Shown piece by piece: positions 1 to 11,700 of a stretch of DNA of 64,000 bases. The translations under genes and the position numbers were made by a program. The notes beneath the pieces were generated by a model. The model was not told the DNA's origin. It ran no database searches and saw only the letters and a program-made list of their open reading frames with translations. The number at the start of each line of letters is the position of its first letter. The stretch's first letter is position 1. Source of the stretch: Lama guanicoe (taxonomy: Eukaryota); contig MU053482.1 in assembly GCA_013239625.1 (NCBI GenBank), forward strand, positions 409,168 through 473,167, given 5' to 3'.

Positions 1-174
1 GGCGATCGCCAGGCTCTAGTCCCAGTGACAGTTCCTTGCTGTTCTGAGGTCCTCTGAGTGAGCCCCTTTCAGTGTGTGTGTCGATTTGCCTCCACAAGTG
101 ATCACACCTGTATGCCAGTCTCTGTGGTTGGACCCAAGTCTTCGATCATCCATTTCTCCAACAGGCACATCCCC

Positions 175-238
175 ATGAACCCTCAGCAGCAGGTCAATCT
201 CTGTTCCCTTCCTTTGCCTCCGGTGCCCCTTAGGCCAG
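175..238 (+). CDS. DNHD1: DNHD1 coding exon 1 (MNPQQQVNLCSLPLPPVPLRP; exon probably starts at 165)
   Basis: Acceptor catttctccaacAG ends 164, ATG 175, donor CAG|GTGAGG at 239; phase 1 matches exon 2. Confidence 0.75.
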
Positions 239-2716
239 GTGAGGGGACATTGTCCCGGGCAGTGGGAAGGAACTTTGTGCGGGGAGGGCCCTACCTCTGT
301 CCTGGGCCTGCTTACCAGTCTTTAGGAAAGCTGTAGGGAGGGTTGAGGGTCTCTGGTCTGGCTCTCCCCTGCAGCTCCATCCATTTATTTCCCCGTCTGA
401 AGTCCCTCCCTTCCCCTTCACCCTAACCCCTTGACCCTGCCTAGAGCCTAAACCCTCTTCTCTTGCCCTTCTCCTGAGTTGGGCCAAGCAGGTGAGGTCC
501 AGCCACGAGGAACATGGAACTGGCATTCGGATCCTGAGCAGTGGGCATGGTCGATTCGACAGCAGCTGAATGCCTGGCTCCTCTTGGTCTCAGGTGAAGA
601 GGTGTCATCCGAAGCCCTTGAATCTCGGCACTCTGTAGGTATCCAAGACAAAGGAGAGCAGCCCTGGCCCCGTCAGGTAAAACAGAGACAGTGCCTGAAG
701 GCAGCCGTGACTCGGTCAGAGCGGCCTACGGTCCTGGAGCTCCTGGTAGCTGAGCTCCGAACTCTGTTCTCAGCTGTGCTGCAGGACGGCAGCCCTGACG
801 CATGGTACTACCTGCTTGCGGTGCTGAATCTGCTCCCTCCATATCGTGCACTGCTTGTCGGTCACCTTGATTTGCTGCCTTTCCTGGAGCAGCTGTACCG
901 CTGGGCACCCTGGGTCGAGTCCCAGCTCCAGCTGGACCTGCTAGTTGCCATAGACCAGGCCTTTCCCCGAGACACCTCTTTGTTAGAGGGCACCTCCCAT
1001 GTTGACTGCTGTCCCCAGAAGCAGAGGTTCCATCGTAGGACTCCACGCCCAGCCTGCCCTATTGTGCAGGCTTGTTGGGGAGGGCAGCACGTAGATGAGG
1101 AGTTGTCCACGTGGCTGCGACCACTGACACTGCCTGAGCTACAGCACAGCCTGGGTATCGTTGGTGCCGAGATGGCCCTGGAAGAGGCCCAGTGGTTAGA
1201 TGGCCTCAACCTCCTGCCCTTGGCACTTGCGACGGACATCCCTGTACAGTATGAAAGCAGTGACACTGGCAACGGAGAGGAGGAGCCCGTTGAAAGAAGA
1301 GAGACTAAGTAAGTGAGGGACCATATCTGGGGCTTTGAGCAAAGGAGAGAAAGAAGCCAGTTCATGGGTGCCTCTCAGGTCACTTGGATGTCTAGAGCCA
1401 GCTTCATAATTGATGTTAGCGATTAGCCTGACCCCGAGCCAAGCTGGTGTGAGGCTACTTCTTGCTTCCTTTTTGTCTGCAGAATGAACCCAGTGTTCTC
1501 AGTGTTAATCCCCAAAAGGAAGTGCAGAAATTCATGAAAATCAAAAGTCAACCATGAGGAAGCCAAAGCTTCAGAAAAAACCTTGAGTTTCCAGAGTTTC
1601 TACACTTCTTTTGCAGACAGTGCTTAGTTCTTTTTCTCACTCGTTTGTAATCCCTGTCTTGCCTCTGGGCCTACCTAGTGCTGGGTGCTGGAAGCTGGGT
1701 CCAGGTCCTTCCCTTGGGCTGCTCCTAGTGAGTGCTTGTCTGAAGGCCCTTCCCATTCATGTCTGTGTGAGCTAAGCCAGCTCCAAAGGCAGATTAGAGT
1801 TAGCAGCACTACCAGATGAGACTTTAATTCTGACCCTTCTAGAGTCTTCTTCCTGCCCTGCGAGCGTCGGAATCCTAGCCCCTGGAGCTATGATTTTTCT
1901 CCCTAATCTGGCTCTCATTGCTCTCTTCAGGGTTTCAGAATGCCTACAGAGACCCTCTCTTCTGAGAGTTCTCTAATTCTAGTCTTAGAATTTCTCCCTG
2001 TCCTCTGGCCAGTTTGTCTGTGACTCATTCACTGTCTGGGAAGAAGGGTAGTTTTACCTTAAATCAAGCTTGGCTTCCTCAATTTTTGCTCTAAATGCAT
2101 GGATGGGTCAAGTTTTTCCTGAAGTCTTAGAGCCTTGACGGTAGACAGATAGGCAGGCCCCTGGGGCCCTGATGGAAGGTGGCCAGTGCCAACAATGTAT
2201 GCCTTCAGTAACCCCAGCAGACCCCTCCTTTTTCAAAGACCTGCCCCAGGCCCTGAGTATAAGTTTCTTTTCCTGCAGGAACCTAACTGAAGTGAGAATG
2301 GGCTGAGATGTTGGAAAGGAGTCAAGTTCTTTGCCCTTTCTTTCGAGCTGGCAATAAACCTCTGAGGCCTAACTAATGTAGCTTAATTTGCACCATGTTC
2401 TCCAGAACTGGCTTCCTTGGCATTCATTCATTCAAGAAGTATAAGATATGGAATTTGACACAACACTGTAAAATGTCTATAACTCAATAAAAAAAAAGTA
2501 AAAAAAAAGTATAGTATATCTAATGTAGATCAGAAACTGCTGGATGCTGAGGATACAGAAATGGCAAAACAGACTCAGTCTCTTCCCTGGGGTTTTACAA
2601 CAGCTTAGTTAAGGGAGATAGATGTTAAGTAAGTTGATATAAATAAAATATCATTACAATTTGTGTTAAGTGCTATAAAATCAAAGAATATTGTCTTTCC
2701 TCTGGCAGCTGCTCTG

Positions 2717-2751
<35 letters not shown>

Positions 2752-5700
2752 CACTTTAGAGTTAGGGGAAAGCACATCAGGAGAGTTTGAGTTTAGATTA
2801 GGATTAGCAAAATATCTTGCAGGTTGGGAGGCAAAATAAGAGGAAAATTTCAAGGAGGAGAGAGCAGGAGGGGAGGGTATATCTCAGTGGTAAAGTGCAT
2901 ACTTAGCATGCACAAGGTCCTGGGTTTGATCCCCAGTACCTGCATTAAAAAAGTAGGGTGGAGGGAAGGAGGAGGGAGCAGTCAGTAGTGTTAAATGCTA
3001 CTGAGGCAAATAAGAAAAATCTGAAAAATGCTGGGCTTAGCAATAAGGAAGAGGTTGGTGAGAGTGGTTTCAGTGAAGCTTTGTGAGGAGGAAGGCAGAT
3101 TGTAGTGTGTTCAGGAGTGAATGGAAGATGAAGAACTGAAAATCACGTTTTACTGTTTATTCATGAAGCTTGGTTTAAAAGGGAAAGAGAGATTAGGACA
3201 GTAGATTGAAAGAATATTGATGGCTGAGCATGATTCTAAAAAAGGAAAAAAATGGAGAGATGTTCATAGCCCTTAAGACAGTGCTTGAGAAGTAGGTGCT
3301 TAGTAAGTATTTGTAGAGTGAATGATTAAATATAGGCTAACAGCTGAAGAAGAAGAAATTGAAAATACATCATGAAGAGGGGAAAAGGGATCCAGAGCAC
3401 AAATGGAGGAATTAGCCTCGCAGAGAAGAAAGTCACTCCTTCCTCTCAAATTCAGGGACGAGATCAGGATGGGAATATGTACAGATACATGTGTGCGGAG
3501 GCAGCAGAACTTGAATGAGTTAGTTCATGGCTGAGAGCCTCAGTTTTCCCTGGGCAGGGATGGAGGCAGGGAAGGGGCTGGGACTGGGAGCTCAGCAGGG
3601 CTGGACATGGGGTGGAGGTAGGTGGAGGCCTGGAATCGTGGCTGAAGAGACTGCAAGAGGTAGCTGCCTGAGGACTTGTGCTAAGACATCAGAGCAGAGT
3701 GAGCCCACAGATGAGACTAGCTACCAGGAGTCTATAGAGGAGCTAATATGCCTGGTTCCAAGATCTTCTGAACCTACGTAGATCATATAGGGCTTTAATT
3801 ACGGAGGAAATGAACTTTTAATAGCAGTTACACCATTAAGATGTCCTGATCCAACATCAAGATCGTAAACCCTACTTTCAATGTGAGCTTTAGAATGGGA
3901 TTGCACTGTTATCCCTGAGCTAACTTGTTCTGTTGATCAAGGTTTGGGCCAATTATACTATGACACTGGTATACTCTGACTGGTTAAGTCTGAGTTTAAT
4001 TATTCAGAGAGTCTTTTTATTGGTCTGTTTTTGTGCTCTGAGTTCAGTCTAATCAGAATTATTAGTCCAAATAATTAACTTTTGATTTCTTAAGTAATTA
4101 ATTTTAATATCAATTTTGTTGATTGGTGTGGTAGGAGAGTAGGAAGATTGACAGTACTAGTGGAGGCTGGAGGGGGCTAAAGGAGGCATCACTGGATCCC
4201 GGCTGGAAAGAAAAGGATGTGAAGTTGGAAGGTGGGTGATAATGGAGGAAGAGCAAGAAAAAGTCACAGGCGCGGAGATCACACAGGGTTGGAGGGCAGA
4301 TATAATGGGAGCAATAGATAGGACATCTAGAAGGTTAGGAAGGTTGCCAGAGAGGAGAAGTCCAGGACTGTGGACTTGCAAGGTGATGAGTGGGACAGCA
4401 AAGTATTCCCATTATTTTTACTCAGTATTTTGTAACATCAACTTCATAGTAATCACAGTCAATCCAGAATGATTATTCATTGATCAGGAAGGGAGGGATT
4501 GTTCACTTACAGGTGTGTGTGAATATAGTTGCCTGACTGTGTCACCTCATGGACTGACTGGATTTGCTCAGTATGTGAGCTCCTTTTGGTGCAGGTGGTT
4601 GACAAACTCTGACTAGGCTATGTCAGGTCCTCTCGGACTCCTGATCTAGCTCCTTCATTCTCTGGTCAGCAGTGGCAACCTGACAGCTTTGCTCTACCTC
4701 TTCTCTCCTGATTTTTTATCCTGCAGGTCTCTGCTTGACTCTGAAGTTCCCAGGGAGAAGACCTTCCAGAAAAGAAGCACTGGCTTCTTACCTCAGACTT
4801 CTCTTCTGGGTAGCCAGATAGTGACTGTAATGAAGACAGAGAGATACCTGAAGAAGGTCCACTTTCTCTATCTCAATGTGGCTCCCAGCCGCTACTTTAG
4901 GTGAGAGCCTGTGTCCAGAGCCCTGTCCCGCTCCTCCCACTCCCAGACTTGGTCCTATGCTGTCTTCCACCTCTTCCTCCTCTCCAGACCTGCTTCTGCT
5001 GTCCCTTCTCTCCCTTCTCATTTCAGCTCTTCTCCCTGTTGCCTCCTCCTTCCCTTCCCCTCAGCCTCCTCTCCACTCTTCACCTCCTCTTGGCTCCCCT
5101 TTGCTCTCATAGATTTTGGTCTTGGTCATTCTTTCCTACATTTTGCTCTGTCTTCTTTCTTCTACCCTAGAATGATGGAAACATTTGGTCATCGCCTCAG
5201 AGGGGAATTTAATGGTGATCTCTTCTAACTCTAGTGTAAGAATTAGGGGTTTAAATCTTTACAGTGTCAGGGAAGCTTTGTGTTTCCTAAGGTGTCCTGT
5301 TCTTAGACTGAACCCAAATCTGCTTTCTTTGAACTTCATTTTTTGGTCCTAGATTTATCTCTGTGCTATAAAAACAAGTCTCTTCCTTCCATATGACTCA
5401 AGAGGCATCCATTCACTTGCTTCCATTCGATCCAGATCTTAGTATTTTTAAAAGCTCTATTCAAGTCCCTTCTCTTCCCAGAAATAATAACAATTGCCAT
5501 TAATCAGGCTTTTCTAAGTACATGCGTCATTTAATTCTTACCTAACAGGTAGGTACTATTATTATTTCCATGTATGAGATGAGTAGACTGAAGCATAGAG
5601 GTTAAGTAACTTGCCCAAGGCCACATAGTAAGTGGTGAAACAGGACTTAAACCTCGGACTGTCTTAACTCAAAGGCCCACACTCTTAAGCAATATCTGAT

Positions 5701-8700
5701 ATACACTCCCAGGGGGCCCTGTTTCCTGCGTACAACGACTAGTTTGTCCTGAACTTAGGTAGCACTAATGATCTGTACCATCCATTGATTTACTGATCAA
5801 TTCATTTAACAAAAGTTCGCTGAGAGCATTGTACCAGTTATTAAGCAATTGTGTCTTGGCTCTATTTCTACTCTTTTCCCTCTGCTTTGTAATACTGGGG
5901 CTGGGACTCTGCAAATTTCATTTCTCCGTTTCAGCTCACTTCCTGTTAGGTTTTATTAATAGGGGGTGCTAGAAGGAGACTGGAGAAGGGACTCTGTCCT
6001 TCCTTTACTTGCTCTTCCTGTCATGGCCTCAGAAATGGTCCTTCACCCTGGCAGCAGCAGGCACTTTCTGAATCAACCACTTCATGATCCTGGAAGGAAC
6101 CAATGCCAACTGGGTAGCACCTTCTTGTCAGAGTTCTGAGTCACAACTCTGCAAGGCCCCCCCTCCAAACTCCTTAGATACCAGTACCAGCCAGGCAGCA
6201 TCTCCTTCTTACAAATCCAAGTCCCAGCGCTACAGGCCACTCCTCCCAGCCCATTGCTTCTAAGAACCCGAACTTCTTTCCTTTGTTCCTCTAGTTGTGG
6301 GGCTGGCGTCCATTCCCTGCAGCTGTTGCCTTTGTGCTCCCTTAGCATTCCCTTTTTGCTTTTTAGGTGTCCTCTGACACCTTGTCTAGAACATATTTTC
6401 TCTATTAAATTTACTTTCTTGAAATGCCTAATACAGTTTGTTTTCCTGACTGGACTCCGATAATCGTCCTTGGTATCATGAGTGGTCCCAGGAAACAATC
6501 CTCAAAGATGGGGTTCTGATATTGGTTTGGTAACGTCCTTGGCCCTGGACAGTACTGGGATCCTTGCTAACAAGAAATAGTATACTTGGAACCTGTCACC
6601 TGTAGTGGCATCACAATTAAATTGTCACGTGGTTGAAGGTGGTGAACTACCTACTGACACCTCGTGGCTGCTGCACTTGACCTCCCAGCGGTGGGTGATC
6701 ATGATGGTAGCAGGGTGGGATGGGGTGCCTGTTGACCATGTGGAGAGCTTACAAGAAAGAAAGCTACAAGCTTAGGGCTTTCAACTGTCAGCTCAGTCAT
6801 AATCAGAGAAGCAGCACAATCAAAGATAATTAGGCACACAGACAAGAAGCCATGAGGAAGAGAACTAGAAAGGCAGTGAGTAATTACAGGACCAACATCT
6901 GCCAAAGAAGGAACCCAGTGAAGGGAGTCTAGAAGCAGCACTTGGTGCTGCTTTTCTATTGCAGGAGAGGCAGAGGTGCATGAGTTTTACTATATGCTCC
7001 CAAAAGTCGGAGAAGAGGAAGTGAGCTTTCGACAGACTCAGAAAGCTGAAGAGCAGACGTTGCAGCTTAGGACCCACACCAAGGAGGGAGGTGTCTTCTG
7101 GTTCCACCTGTATTATAACCAGGGTCCCAGCTGGAAGCCCAGGGGGTTTAATTTGTGGGTTCTCTGATGATTTGCATATTTCATCCAGATATTTTGCCCA
7201 GTTTTTTCAGTTGGTCTCAAGTGGGAGTGTTGGTCCATAATTCTAGTGCACCATCAGCAAAAGTAGAAGCCTGGTGTTTTTTTGTTTCACTTTACTTACT
7301 TGCCATATAACAGGTTTTTGCAGTGTGTTTGCATTTATCAGAGTTTTCTTGTATTTGTCCTAGATTTTGATTCATACTTAGGAATATATTTCTTTACTTC
7401 TTCAGAGTCTTTGCTCTCACCTCCCTACCCTTACCAGCCCCATTTAGACTTGCATTCCCTCCTCCCCGGGCACTGCCAGTCTCCCTTTTCCTGCTCTTCC
7501 CGCTCCTCGTTTATTATCTGTCTTCTCCAGTAGAATGAGAGCTCTACTAGGGCAGGGATTTTTTGTTTGTTATATTTAGCAATGAATGTATCCTCAGGGC
7601 TTAGATCAGTTTAGCATAGAGTAGGAACACAGCCACGTTTGTTGAATGAATGAAGGAGAAGGAAAGGATGAACTACCACAAGTGGGAACAAATTTGGGGG
7701 GAATTAATGATGAGTTTAGCATAGAACTTGCTGTGTTTCAGGTACTCAGATGACATAGAGTTTGCGATGTTTTGGAAGTCTTGAATATATGAGTCTGGGA
7801 CTCAGGAAGATCATGACTTGCCCTGTTTACTCTCTGGCATCCCTTTTTACTCCAGTTGATCTGAGCTCTTTGAGGACAACTATGTAGTAGTTATTCTTAT
7901 GTCCTCGTCTCCCATCATAGCACTTGGACAGAAGGGGTGGCTGATAAATGGTTTAACTGAGCTCCATAAAATTAGGGACCAGATTTTTCTTGTTCCCTGC
8001 CGTATCCTCAGCACCTGACAGTGCTTGGCTTAATACATGTTTGTAGAAAAAGTGAATATCCCCAGCAGGAGCAATGGCCAGTGGGAGCGGGGAGAACAGT
8101 CCCTGATGCCTGGCCCTGTACAGAAAGAGTCGCCCCTATTAAGAAGGTCACAGGGAAAGGAGTGTCCCCTGGGGAGAGTCAAGGCTCAGCTAGGGTAGGT
8201 AGCTATCCTGTGGGAAGCTTAGTGACCCAGTAATTAAGAGAGAGGGCTTGAATCAGGTAGACTTGGTTTTAAATCCTATCTTCTTCCTTTAGTTGCCCTA
8301 TGTAAAGTTATGCCTTCTCTTTGTTCAGTTTTCTCATCTGTAAATTGGGGATAATAGTACTTGAGAAGATCTAGTCACTGTCAGAAATGAAATAAGGCTT
8401 TCATATGACTTTATTCTGTTATCCATCTAAGTGCTTTCAAGTCATTTGCTTAGTAACATATCCTAAAAAATTGAGAGAGAGAAGAGCTGAAGGAGGACCA
8501 TTTTATCCTTTAGGCATTATATGCATGGGACCTGGGACACACAGCTTTTAAAGGACGTAAAAATATATTTAGTGCTTAAAAATATTACTGGTTCTAAGTT
8601 ATGAAAAGAAAAGTAAAAAAAATGCTTTATTAAATGTGCTCAAACATAGCATTACTCCAAACAGTTTACTGCAACTAGATACAACTATTATATAGTTACA

Positions 8701-11700
8701 TATTAATTGTATTTAACGTGGGATATAGGTGCATTTCCCTGAAGTAGGAGACCTTAGTAGGATTTTAAGATGGCTCTGGAGGTACCTGTCTGGTTCACTA
8801 GGTGGCAGTTTTCCTCTTTATTGGCCTGTATCTGGTCTTCTAGTTGCCCCTGCTTTTCCTCATCAGTTACTCCAAACAGCACTTCCCGATTATCTCTGCA
8901 TGTTATTTCAGCATCTAGGGATATACATATTTTATAATTTCTAGGATGCACATTTTTCAACATCTCTGAAATTGTGATGCATCTTACAAATTGTATCGTA
9001 TTAGCAGTACTGGAGTATCATATTGGCAGCATTTTTTACTTTAGTGATTTCATAAAAAAATGCAGCAACTTACAATTGGTGGCATCTTAGATTTGATGGA
9101 ATGTAAGCTATTTGGGTCTGGAGATAGGAACTTCTTGGAACTGGCTAGGGGGCTTTTTTTTTTCTCCCCACCAATTTTTGGTTTCCTTTTTTCTAATATT
9201 TATTCCATCTTTCTGGTTTGAAGATCATTCTGATCGTTCCCCCTCCTCCCACTCTCTCCTGCTTTCATTCCTGCCTCCTTGTTTTCCCCCTCCTGGCCTT
9301 CTTTTGTCCCTTCCTGGAGTCTGCACAAGTTTCCAGGGCTCCCACTGATCTGTGCTCTTTTTTAAAGGCCCTACAGCCTGACGGTGGTACCACCCGACAA
9401 GGTGAATCCTGAGCACTACATCTTCTCTCCCTTCGGGATCCTGCACGTCCATCCCGAGGAGGGCAGTGAGACGATGACGCTGGGTACCTGGCACCACCAC
9501 TCTGTCCTCTGGCAACAGCTCCAGTTCATCCCATTCTTCAAGTATTGCCTTTTACGCAAGGCCTTGGCCTGGTAGGTGGCGATGGGTATGGGATTTGGGA
9601 AGAAGTGTCACAAAGAGCAACAGCACATTGTCACTGCCCTCCGATCCGTAGTTGGAAGAAGAGCGTGAAGTTGCAGAGGCTGCACCGGTGCCGGACCTTC
9701 CTAGGGAAGCATCTGCTCCTTGCTGTGCCCCACTTCGGAGCTGGGCTGCTGCATATTAGCAGGTGAGGTCTTCAAAACACAGCTTCACTGGACTTCCAAA
9801 AATTAGTTTACAGGAAGTAATAACGGGTTCATTGTAGAAACTTTGGAAAATACGAAAAAGCACAAAGGAAAAAATCTTTAATCTTACCGTCTGCACATAA
9901 CCATGACAAACATTTTGTTGCATATCCTTGTAGTCTTTTTTTAATTTTGTTTTTTATTGAAGTGTAGTTGATTTACAATGTTAGTTTCAAATGTACAGCA
10001 AAGTGATTCAGTTATACATATACATATGTGTATCTGTCTATATTTTTCAGATTCTTTTCCATAAATGTTATTACAAGAAATCGAATATAGTTCCTTGTGC
10101 AATACAGTAGGTCCTTGTTGTTTACCTATTATCCTTGTAGTCTTTTTTTCCCTCACATACACAAATGTGATCATAGTGCACATACCGTTAACTAGCCAGG
10201 TCTTTTCTCTGAATGATATATTGTGAACATATCTATGTAATTATGTATTTCTCCATCAACTTGCCCCAGATCATACAATTATTAAGTGTCAGATCTGAGG
10301 CCGTAATGCCGGTATTTCCATCTAAACTCTGCTCTTTCAGTGGCATTGCTTGGATTATTGTTTTGTTTTGTTTTGTTTTGTTTTTTGAGAAAACCTTACT
10401 CCTATTTTTAGTACTTTCTTACTTTCTCTGCACAGCTCCTCAGCTACTCCAGTTATCTTCTGTGATAGGCGTTGCAAACTCAGACACCTATGGGGCCCAA
10501 GGAGGAACAATGGAAGAAAGGCAGTGGGTTGAGTTCAAGACTTTAGGGAGTATGGGACTGCAGTCAGGTTGGAGATTGCACCTAAACGGAACACACTACT
10601 CAGTTCCAATCGACTGTTGCCATTGGGAATATAGGTCCAGCGTGTCACCCACATTATTTTTTCAGGATGACCTGGAAATCCACATTTTGTAAAATTTCTT
10701 AATTTTACCTGGTTAGCTCGGATTTTTATAAAAACACTGTGCTGGCCAAGTGTTAGTGGTCCATATGAAAACCTTTTCAGTCTGAATTTGGCCCATGGGC
10801 TACCAGTTTACAACCTTCGCTCTAGATATCCTCCAGTCTAGCTTAATCATCATGACATAATTGGGCTGCACAGATCTGAACTTAAGTCCTGAATACCAGC
10901 AAGGGACTTTGCTCTTTGAGCCTCAGTTTCCTGACCTGAAAACGAGAGAGAAAGGTTTCTGCTACTACCTAGTGGTAGTGAGAATTAAATGAGAATGTGA
11001 CTATAAAGTACCATGTTCAGTGCCGCCATGGTGCTGAATAAATGACACCTGTTATGATCATCCTCTGCTTACTAGGGGTCCTTCGTTTTTTCAAGGATGT
11101 GTGGAGATGTGGCTTTTTCAGGGTGTTTGTAGGGGAGAATGTATAACAGAAGTGGGTTTCCCCTGGGATGGTCAGCCCATAGGGAAGTTGGGGTTCATCA
11201 CCTTTGATTCTAAAACCTACCTGTCCATCTAGACTGTTAGGGCCCTCAGCTCCCCCAGTTCCAAGGAAGAAGTCTCTGCAGTGTCTCCTCAGTCAGACCT
11301 TGGGATCTGTTTGACCCTATCTTCTGGCAGAAAAGCTACTCAGTGTGAACATTTTCACGTACCCCAGGCCTTTCCCAAAGAATTCCCCAGCCAGAAACTT
11401 CCTGGGCTTGAACTCTTCCAAAGACCTCTCAGGAGGAAGCTGTCACTGTTGGTCACTGGGAATATTATAACCTCTCTAAACTTTAACTCACTCTGAGGTG
11501 AGCTGGGCTGGGAAGACATCAAAGGTGTCCAAGGAGAGAGGGCAGAGTTGTTAGCTCTGACCAGCTTATCCCTTGATTCCAGGCTTCTGCAGGAGCTGCA
11601 CTCTGTGCCCTGGCTCCCCCACGAACCAGATCGGTGCTACGAACTGCTGGACCTGCAGCGGGCTCTAGCCAAGGAGAACCACAAGGCTTTGCGGCTGCTC

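Noticed and set aside
58..336. Standalone 92-aa ORF
   Set aside because: Only 175-238 is supported; the remainder reads through splice sites into intron.
479..481. TTG start of the 277-aa ORF
   Set aside because: Artefact of the ORF caller; it lies in the acceptor region, and a phase-compatible ATG exon exists at 175.
2870..2945. tRNA-like A/B-box sequences (also 32440, 43612, 47650, 53670)
   Set aside because: Multiple diverged copies with A-rich tails and no intact cloverleaf: SINE heads, not tRNA genes.
3767..4065. Functional rRNA gene
   Set aside because: Short fragment with substitutions at conserved positions inside a nuclear intron: a NUMT.
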